From Thermoplasmata archaeon (GTDB taxonomy: Archaea; Thermoplasmatota; Thermoplasmata; Lutacidiplasmatales; UBA184): DNA of 38,395 bases. The translations under genes and the position numbers were made by a program. The DNA is taken from the NCBI GenBank assembly GCA_030037695.1, contig JASHQF010000020.1, positions 1-38,395 on the forward strand. The letters run 5' to 3'. Shown one piece after another: positions 1 to 7,182 of the stretch. Within the stretch, counting starts at the first letter, position 1; every line of letters begins with the position of its first letter. The notes below the pieces were generated by a model that worked only from the letters and a program-made list of their open reading frames with translations, was not told the origin of the DNA and did no database searches.

Positions 1-127
1 AATATCGAGCGGGGGCGTACGCGGCGATTGCGTAACCCCCGACGAGGACACCGCTAAGCGTGCTCGGCCAGTGGAGCAGAATTCCTACCGCCTGCCGCTC
101 CCGCTCATCGGGGTCGACGGGCGACAA
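1..127 (-). CDS. 5' part of a nucleotidyltransferase (AbiEii-like toxin candidate); runs off the left window edge; absent from the ORF track
   Basis: TTG at 127 preceded by GGAGG. Translates MSPVDPDERERQAVGILLHWPSTLSGVLVGGYAIAAYAPARY, containing the hhhGGhAhxxYxxxR start motif of pol-beta-like nucleotidyltransferases. Overlaps the 3' end of the upstream gene. Confidence 0.7.
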   Translation of the reverse strand, partial: MSPVDPDERERQAVGILLHWPSTLSGVLVGGYAIAAYAPARY

Positions 128-683
128 GGTCCTCCGCGTTGGCGAAGATGCCTGGATGATCTCGGATCAACTTGACCGCGGCTTCCCGAGTTACGACCGG
201 CTCGCCGTGTAGAACCGTGACTCTCAATGAGTCCACCGGGAAGAGTTCCACCCGCGCGCCAATTCTCTTACGACCCGCCACTGAAATACCGAGCCGTCCG
301 AGGTAGCGCCGCCAAATCTTCAATCGGCTTCGAGGAACAGCAAGCGAGTAAACTCGGGCAAAGACCGACGGACTGACCCTGTATCGGCCCCCGGACCAGA
401 GCTCGACTGCCGTTTCACCCGTCCAAGCCTTTGGGCTGGGGCCCCTCAAGACCGCCTCCCTGACGCGGCGCCATTCAACAGCACGGAGATCCGGCCTCTC
501 GGAGGGACCGAGGCGACGGTATCTACCTCGGCCAACGCGCGCGAGTTGACCACGGTGCTTCAGCTCACTGAGAGTCTTTGCCGCGCGGGGATTGGCTAGA
601 CGTACACGAAAATCTCGTGTCGTGAACTCGCCTTCTCCGTAAAGGTGGTCGATAGCGTCGAGATAGGTGATGGGCATAGGCAC
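105..683 (-). CDS. winged-helix protein, AbiEi-like antitoxin candidate (type IV TA)
   Basis: N-terminal wHTH-like segment FTTRDF...KTLSELKHRGQLARVGRGRY (LxRhxRGxY wing). Lies directly upstream of and overlaps a nucleotidyltransferase. Start could be GTG 683 or ATG 677. Confidence 0.6.
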   Translation of the reverse strand: MPMPITYLDAIDHLYGEGEFTTRDFRVRLANPRAAKTLSELKHRGQLARVGRGRYRRLGPSERPDLRAVEWRRVREAVLRGPSPKAWTGETAVELWSGGRYRVSPSVFARVYSLAVPRSRLKIWRRYLGRLGISVAGRKRIGARVELFPVDSLRVTVLHGEPVVTREAAVKLIRDHPGIFANAEDLVARRPR

Positions 684-695
684 TAAACATCGGAA

Positions 696-711
696 GTAGT
701 ATTAATACAAC
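696..711 (-). promoter_or_regulatory. TATA box embedded in a palindrome; candidate autoregulatory operator
   Basis: GT-A-GTATTAATAC-A-AC, with a perfect 10-bp core palindrome at 699-708, about 16-25 nt upstream of the antitoxin candidate start. Confidence 0.45.
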
Positions 712-951
712 GCCTATACGCGGGGGAACGCCATCTCGCTCCACTCAACCGGTCCCCGGCTCCAATGTTAGAAGATACTCCCGAGCTCCGGCGCATGTGC
801 AACGGCTCTTGCAGCTACCTCAACCCGCATGGTGTCGGCATCGAGTTCGAGGTTAGCGAGTCTCCATCTGAGGGGTATACCCTAGGTCGTCAGTCCTGAG
901 CCGGGCACCCTCTGACAGAAGTTTAAGGCAGAGTCGTCGTTTGAACCACGG

Positions 952-1998
952 ATGCCGTTTTGCACGCATTGCGGAAGGCCACGGCCCAGCGACGCAGCCT
1001 TCTGCCCTTCTTGCGGTAGTCCAGTGCCTGGCGCAAAGCCCTCGGAGCCGCCACGCTCACACTCATCGTCGCTGTTTCCCGCCCCCGTTGCAAGGATAGG
1101 GAGTTTCGGAGCGTCCGCACGTCTGGGCGAGAAAATCGACATTGGCAGGGTCGTGAACTTGTTCCCCGGTGCCAGGTTCTCGCCGAACCCGAAGTTCTCC
1201 CCCGCGATGAACTCAGAACTCGTCTACGAGCTCCAGGATTCAGAGTCCCATCGCAAGATGCAGGTTAGGATCGAGAGGTCTGGCGTAGTCAGCGTGGCTG
1301 GAGGCCGGACCGTAGACGATGCGGTCCGAATTCTTTCCGGGGTCCGGGCGACTCTTCAACGAGAATTGGGACTGCCGGGCAGTTTCAAATTTCAGATTCG
1401 GTTTGGGGCCAACCGGGTGTTCTACGGCCGGGGAATCCGGATCGCGTCGGTCCCCAGCGTGATTCCTAAGTCAATCTACCTGAACCTGGAGCCGGCGCTG
1501 ACGGGAGGGGATCCTGAGGGGTTGAACCTCGCTCCGAGCGGAAAGTACAATCGAGGCGGATCTGTTCATCCCGTGATCTCCGTCGACGAAGCGGTCCGGG
1601 TAACTCTCGAGGTCCTTACGGGGAGGCCCAGCGAGGGGTTGGTCCCTCAGAGCTTCTTAGGGTTCCTTGGCCTCCTCGACGTCCCCGACTGGTGCCGGCA
1701 TCTCGCCGTGTGCCGGCTACCGAGATCCTCGCTCGCCGCCATAATGCCCCGGAGCTTGGACAAAAGTGGTAACGTTGCCTTGACGGGATCAGTTCAGTTC
1801 ACCACGCCCGGCAGCATCGCGCAGCTTTCCCTTGCCAGGTCCGAGCTCCTTGAGCTGCTTGATCAGCACAACCTGTTCGGCACGCTCACGCCTTTCGATC
1901 AGATCCCTGCGGACGTGCAGCACGATGCCTCGGCCCTCGACTACAATGCAACTAATGAAGAATATTGGCCCGAGCAGAGCTGGACGACCGTGCCGTAG
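952..1998 (+). CDS. zinc-ribbon protein fused to a divergent TATA-binding-protein (TBP)-like domain
   Basis: N-terminal CTHCG...CPSCG zinc ribbon and Pro/Ser linker. Then ASARLGEKIDIGRVVNLFPGARF..LVYELQD..VRIERSGVVSVAGGRTVDDAVRILSGVRATL, which follows the TBP repeat pattern. Later SGK/TGS + helix motifs and an acidic tail. TATA-like TTTAAG near 922. Confidence 0.6.
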   Translation: MPFCTHCGRPRPSDAAFCPSCGSPVPGAKPSEPPRSHSSSLFPAPVARIGSFGASARLGEKIDIGRVVNLFPGARFSPNPKFSPAMNSELVYELQDSESHRKMQVRIERSGVVSVAGGRTVDDAVRILSGVRATLQRELGLPGSFKFQIRFGANRVFYGRGIRIASVPSVIPKSIYLNLEPALTGGDPEGLNLAPSGKYNRGGSVHPVISVDEAVRVTLEVLTGRPSEGLVPQSFLGFLGLLDVPDWCRHLAVCRLPRSSLAAIMPRSLDKSGNVALTGSVQFTTPGSIAQLSLARSELLELLDQHNLFGTLTPFDQIPADVQHDASALDYNATNEEYWPEQSWTTVP

Positions 1999-2094
1999 TC
2001 GCTCCACAGGGATTCGGGGTCGGTTGAGATGGTTATCAAGCGCGATTCCAAATGTCATCGCCGCCTGATCGGCCCCTTAGCTCCTCCAGCCCAA

Positions 2095-2832
2095 CTAAAC
2101 CACCCGGAATAAGTCGATTTTCGCGCGGACTCGCGCCATGAGATCCTCTACGTCGAGCGTCAGCCCGTACCGCTGGAAGTACCGGGACAGGGCACGCGCA
2201 CCCGCCGCTGCGGCCGTGAGCGCTTGATTGAGGCGAACCCAAGCAGGGGTCCCTAGTCGATCGATCCGGACTCCGGCAGCAAGATCGATGACCCACGGTT
2301 GACCGTCGTGTACTAGAATGTTGAAGGGACTCAAGTCGGAATGGACGATTCCTGCCTCGGCGAGGGCCTCGACAGCCGCCACCGTTTCCTGAAGAAACGC
2401 TTCGGGATCGCCAAGGCGGGCATGCTGAAGCATGGGCGCAGCCCCGGCGACGGTCCCTAGATACTGCATCGAGAACATATTTTCCACTCGACGTCCGGGT
2501 TGGGGAACCCGAGCTCCCCCTTGCCAGGCGTAGCTTAGGAGGTCATGCTCAATCAGCGCCCGCTGACCCATGGTCTCGAGTTTGATCGGCCGACCACCCC
2601 GGTGAGCGGTTCGATAGAGGCGGTACGCCTTTACAACGATCAGACGATGGTCGTCTCTGCAGAGATAGACATCCGCCTCCTTGCCGGAGCCGAGACGTTG
2701 GCCGACCTCGGTGGCCAGGCCACACTCCAGGATCGCGTCCGCTACCTCACTGTGGGTGGGCTCGGCGAAGCCGATCTGCCCGGTCCGCACCTTCCAGTGC
2801 ACGCTCTTGTCGAGGTACTCTTCGTTGGGCAT
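2095..2832 (-). CDS. RIO1-family serine/threonine kinase/ATPase
   Basis: Motifs LGSGKEADVY, VVKAYR, HSDLSPFNIL and VIDL. Confidence 0.9.
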   Translation of the reverse strand: MPNEEYLDKSVHWKVRTGQIGFAEPTHSEVADAILECGLATEVGQRLGSGKEADVYLCRDDHRLIVVKAYRLYRTAHRGGRPIKLETMGQRALIEHDLLSYAWQGGARVPQPGRRVENMFSMQYLGTVAGAAPMLQHARLGDPEAFLQETVAAVEALAEAGIVHSDLSPFNILVHDGQPWVIDLAAGVRIDRLGTPAWVRLNQALTAAAAGARALSRYFQRYGLTLDVEDLMARVRAKIDLFRVV

Positions 2833-3183
2833 CGGTTGACCCGGCCCAGGCTCGCAGACTCACGAGATTGGAATGCGGCGGCCTAGCCACGCGAGACCGA
2901 AAGAGGTCAGTCGGCCCACGGGGCGCCGGCATCCACATCGATTGCCATGATTCCCGTGAACCTCCTAGCCGTTGGCCGAATAGGAGACCCGCGAGGCCGT
3001 ATCTAAGGGCTTCGTCGACTCGGTAAGGGGATGACCGGTTCTGATGTTGCAGGTCCAGATCACGACGAGTCGCCTCTCTTTGCTCCTCGAGCGAGTAACT
3101 GTAGGCGAGTAACTGCCGCGATGGTGTCGACCTCGGACGCCTTCTCAAACCTCTAACCCTCTGACTCCTCGGGCGTTCCGGCT

Positions 3184-3543
3184 ATGCCGGTCGAGCGGAT
3201 TGCCAACGTAGACGAGATCCGAGCTGCGCGGATTCGACCGGACGCTGTCTACACGGAGGTCCTTCGACGCGAGTCGATGAGCGTCGGCATCTACGTCATC
3301 CCGGCTGGGGTTCCTGACGAGCAGGCCCCCCACAACGAGGACGAGGTCTATCTGGTCGTCAAGGGACGGGGAAGGTTTCGGCGGGGACCATCATCCACTC
3401 TTGTCGCTACCGGAGACCTGCTCTACGTTCGGGCACGCGATCCGCACCGTTTCGAAGAGGTCACCGAGGAGCTCGTGCTCGCGGTGTTCTTCGCCCCGCC
3501 CGAGGGGACCGCGGCCCCGAATAGAGCGCAAATTCAGCCTTAG
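3184..3543 (+). CDS. cupin domain protein
   Basis: Cupin motifs PHNEDEVYLVVKGRG and GDLLYVRARDPHRF. Confidence 0.88.
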   Translation: MPVERIANVDEIRAARIRPDAVYTEVLRRESMSVGIYVIPAGVPDEQAPHNEDEVYLVVKGRGRFRRGPSSTLVATGDLLYVRARDPHRFEEVTEELVLAVFFAPPEGTAAPNRAQIQP

Positions 3544-3869
3544 CCGAGGGAGTCCACATGGATCCGTTCAGCCACATCCTGCTTGCTTACCTTCTCGGGT
3601 TCGGGCTGGTCGGGGCGCACGGACACTCCAGTATGTTGTTGCGTCCGCCTTTGCGGGCGCTCTCCCCGACGCCGAAGTCGTGATCAATCCCTTTTCGAAA
3701 CGGTTCTCGCTAGTACGAAACCGGAGCATCTCCCACTCGATCCTTGGTGTACCGGCCATTGCACCCGGCTGTACCTGAGTCATGGAAGTCAGGGGCTGGA
3801 GCTTTCATTCACGCGCATCCGACCGTCTATATCCGTCGATGGGCGTGGTAAGTCGACTCGAGGTGAGCA

Positions 3870-4667
3870 ACGGCGCGACTACCTCCAATCCTCCAGAGCT
3901 ACCTTGAGTTCTGTGAGATTCGACGAAGCTTCAAGGACTCCGGGAGGCTCGAGCTCGATGCAGATTTTGTCTTCCCGACGACCTTACTTCCGCTCGCGGT
4001 ACTCATCTATCAAACGAATGCGGAGCTCCGCGTCTCGAATGCGGCGGTGAGAGGATACGTCAAGTGGATCTCGACTGCGGACAGCCCCCCTCCCGGAGGG
4101 ACATCGCTCCCCATCGTTCGACTTCCTCGGGACTTCGGAGAGTATCATGGAGTGATTCGCCGGCTCACGGACCTATCACAGACCACTCAACTCTTCTCTG
4201 AAAACCGAGACGCCTACCGATACCTTCTCTCTGAGCTGATCGACAACGTTTACGAGCACGCTCGTTCGAGGCGCTCATACGTCATGGCCCAGTACTACCC
4301 GAAGAAGGGCATGATCGAGGCGAGTTTCGTGGACGATGGCGTCACGATCCCGCGGAGCTTGGGTGAGGGAACCGGCGCTGAGTATGCCCCAGGCAAAGCG
4401 CATGAGGCCATTCTCGACGCCCTCCACGGGAAGTCGGCCAAGGAGGGTGAAGGTCGCGGGTTCGGGCTACAGTCGTCTGTGCGGCTGGTCAACGCTCTTG
4501 GCGGACAGGTGCTGGTAGTCTCTGGCAGCGGAGCCGTAGTTGCCGTGAGGAAGGGAGAAGTTCTGGCCTACTCCCTGAATCCGCAACTTGAGCTCGACGG
4601 CACTCTTGTGAGCCTGCGGCTTTCGGACACGCAGAAGAGAATAAATCTCTTCGACGAGGTTGAGTAA
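3870..4667 (+). CDS. GHKL/HATPase_c ATP-binding protein (anti-sigma-kinase-like); probable ACG start
   Basis: N box ELIDNVYEHA, G1 DDGVTIP, G2 GRGFGL. The frame stays open upstream of GTG 4047 back to TGA 3864 and encodes protein-like sequence (LQSYLEFCEIRR..FVFPTTLLPL). SD GAGGTGA at 3860-3866 precedes ACG 3870. Confidence 0.8.
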   Translation, partial: TARLPPILQSYLEFCEIRRSFKDSGRLELDADFVFPTTLLPLAVLIYQTNAELRVSNAAVRGYVKWISTADSPPPGGTSLPIVRLPRDFGEYHGVIRRLTDLSQTTQLFSENRDAYRYLLSELIDNVYEHARSRRSYVMAQYYPKKGMIEASFVDDGVTIPRSLGEGTGAEYAPGKAHEAILDALHGKSAKEGEGRGFGLQSSVRLVNALGGQVLVVSGSGAVVAVRKGEVLAYSLNPQLELDGTLVSLRLSDTQKRINLFDEVE

Positions 4668-4685
4668 GGCGAGGTGGGAGTTCCA

Positions 4686-5024
4686 ATGGCACTTGTCGTG
4701 ACCGTGCCGCGTCTAGAGATTCAGAAGGACGTCGGCAGCCTCCTCATGTTCAGGAGCGCGGTGACTCCCTTCTTCCGAAAGATCGCTCGATTTCGTTCTC
4801 ACCAGGTCGTGGTGGACTTCTCGAAGGTGGATTTCATGTCAAGATCCTTTGCTGATGAGTACCTTGCAGCAAAATCCACGTCCAAGAAACTCGTGACCGA
4901 AGAGCATGTTAGCCCTGAGGTCCGAAGGATGTTCGATCTCGTTTCCCGCCAACTTCTCGAGAAACAATCAAAGTTGATGAGAAGGCGGACTCCAATTCGG
5001 CAAACCCAGGTTGTGTCACTGTAA
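4686..5024 (+). CDS. STAS-like (DUF4325-type) protein
   Basis: VVVDFSKVDFMSRSFADE motif. SD GAGGTG at 4671-4676 before ATG 4686. Follows the GHKL ATPase directly. Confidence 0.8.
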   Translation: MALVVTVPRLEIQKDVGSLLMFRSAVTPFFRKIARFRSHQVVVDFSKVDFMSRSFADEYLAAKSTSKKLVTEEHVSPEVRRMFDLVSRQLLEKQSKLMRRRTPIRQTQVVSL

Positions 5025-5295
5025 CGGAAGACGCCAACGAACTGCAAGCGGCGTTGCGTGTTCGAAGTAGCGCGCGTTTCGAGGGAGGGTTGGTGCCCTC
5101 CGGCCGACCCCCGACCGTCTTCACGACTGGGAATGCGCGCTACTCTAGACCCGTAGAGTGCGTTGCACCCACTCCTCGTAGGGAGACATCATAGATCCTT
5201 CTCCCGCGTCTTCACGAGCTCATCATGTGCTCGGACTCGCAAGGAAAGAACCACGCAAGGGAGCCGTGCTCACCCGAGTAGGGTACGACAGTGGA

Positions 5296-6729
5296 TCAGC
5301 GAAAAATCGGCCGCCCTCGAGCCCACAGGACGAGTCCGACGATACCCGTGACTCCAACTCCGAGGACGATCCAAGGTAGCATGACGAATCCCCCGGGGCC
5401 TAGAGAAGTACATCCGCCTCCGAATCCTAACGAACTCGGTACGGACCCATTGATGACAGATACGTTGGAGGATCCGTCGTTGGCGACGAAGAGACTGCCC
5501 GCTCCGTACGCTGGTGCGAACGGCGCAACTCCGACATGAATTGTGGCCACGATCGAGTCATTGGACCCGTTGATAACGGAAACATTGCAGGACCCTGAGT
5601 TGGACGTATAGAGGTCCCCGTCGAGGGGATCTACGACGGGCGACGTGGGAAGAACGCCCACTCGGATCTCCTTGTCCAAACTGTACGTACCAGGCGACAC
5701 CGCGAAGACCAACGAACCCCCCCAATTGCAGCCATAACTACCGAGTCCGCCTTGACAGTAGGATACTCCTACGGGCACGAAGAGCTCCTTGGCGGCCTGA
5801 TCGAATACCGGTTGACCCGGTCGAAACGTCGCCGCCGACCCGGTCGCTCCGTACAGCGTCACGACCTTAACGACAGTGTCTGTTGCCCCCGAAATCACCG
5901 CCATCTGGGTATCGCCTGTCCCGGAGAGACCCACGACGTAGAGGTTGCCGTTGTCCGTATCGTACGAGACCCCGAGAGGCGCGAAGCCGACGGCCAACTG
6001 GGCCACGAGCGATTCGCTCAATCCCGAAAGCACCGCAACGCTTGCGTTATCGACGGCTAACACAAAGATATCTCCGGTCGCGGGATCGTAGGTAGGGTCC
6101 GTGACGTTTTCCTTCAGGTCGATCAGTTTGACGAGCGAGTCGTTCGACCCGTTAATCACTCCAATGTCCTGTCCCGGGGAAGGAAGGAATTGGTCGAACG
6201 AGAGGTACAGGTTGCCGTTTCCGGCATCGTAGACCGGAGTATCTGGATTATCGGTGAAGGTGATGTTGGCCAAGAGTTTCTCGGTGGTGCTCGACACGAC
6301 GGTAACCCGGGGCGGCGCACCGACCACAGCCTCCTCAGGAACGAAAAGGTTCCCGTTCGAAGTATCGACCGCCGGCTCAAGGGGATCCTGCCCTATGGAT
6401 ATCGTCGTAACAACTGAGTCGTTGAGTGGCGATATGACGCTAAGGCCCGAGTCGCTCACATAGACGTGCCCGTCCACCGAGTCGTACACCGCGGGCTGGG
6501 GGCCATTCCCCACGGGGATGCTTGGTAGAGGCGATGGGGAACCGGCCACGATAGCGCCCTCGCGAGGCGTAGAGGGCACTTGCGACCCTCGTGGGACCAT
6601 TTGCACGGAAACCCCGCCCCCGCCAACTGCCGGTTCAAACCCCTCGTCGATTCCCCCAACCAGCGCTAAAGCCGCTGCTGCGATCGCCAAGGTTGCCAGC
6701 GCGAGTGGCAAGAATCGCTGGGTTCGCAA
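5296..6729 (-). CDS. secreted, membrane-anchored YVTN/YncE-type beta-propeller surface protein
   Basis: Probable TTG start at 6729 gives the signal peptide MRTQRFLPLALATLAIAAAALAL. About 7-8 repeats of the type IxVGxxPxxxxYDxxxGxLYV..VSVINGSNDSIVATI. C-terminal TM helix followed by basic residues. Confidence 0.85.
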   Translation of the reverse strand: MRTQRFLPLALATLAIAAAALALVGGIDEGFEPAVGGGGVSVQMVPRGSQVPSTPREGAIVAGSPSPLPSIPVGNGPQPAVYDSVDGHVYVSDSGLSVISPLNDSVVTTISIGQDPLEPAVDTSNGNLFVPEEAVVGAPPRVTVVSSTTEKLLANITFTDNPDTPVYDAGNGNLYLSFDQFLPSPGQDIGVINGSNDSLVKLIDLKENVTDPTYDPATGDIFVLAVDNASVAVLSGLSESLVAQLAVGFAPLGVSYDTDNGNLYVVGLSGTGDTQMAVISGATDTVVKVVTLYGATGSAATFRPGQPVFDQAAKELFVPVGVSYCQGGLGSYGCNWGGSLVFAVSPGTYSLDKEIRVGVLPTSPVVDPLDGDLYTSNSGSCNVSVINGSNDSIVATIHVGVAPFAPAYGAGSLFVANDGSSNVSVINGSVPSSLGFGGGCTSLGPGGFVMLPWIVLGVGVTGIVGLVLWARGRPIFR

Positions 6730-7182
6730 GATCGCCGTTCGAACCGAAGGCGAATTGACGAAATAAGGCTTGTCGAATTGGGGTCGATGGCGCCCCCATC
6801 TTGGAAGAGTGGGGCCGATCGGATTGCAGTATTGGGCTCGAACAATGGATGTGATCGCAGAGGATGCTCGCACGGCGTCTGGCATCCCGAGGCTCGGGCC
6901 GATTCCATCCTACGGCCGAGACTCGGGGCTCGCGCCCAAGGGCAAATACGCTCTCCCTGGCCCCACAAAGCTCGACTGACGCACCGAAGGGCACCATTTC
7001 TCCCTCGGAAGGCGCGCCACTCTAAACTCGCAAGCGGCTTTTCACCCCCGGATGCGCCTCCGAGGTGGACCCGTTCGCGCGTGCGTGGCCCCACTGCGGT
7101 TGCACGCCCGGGCCGATACCTCAGATCATCCTTCGGGAGGCGAACCGGAGCGACAGGTCCGAACTTGTGTCGTGGCTGGATC

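Noticed and set aside
765-899. 44-codon ORF MLEDTPELRRMCNGSCSYLNPHG...
   Set aside because: Short, with no recognisable motif or SD.
3568-3783. 71-aa minus-strand ORF, possible gene remnant
   Set aside because: No recognisable domain in any frame; cannot support a CDS or pseudogene call.
5400-6560. Repeated sequence units considered as a CRISPR array
   Set aside because: They are degenerate protein-level beta-propeller repeats. No identical repeats with spacers and no cas genes were seen in the window.
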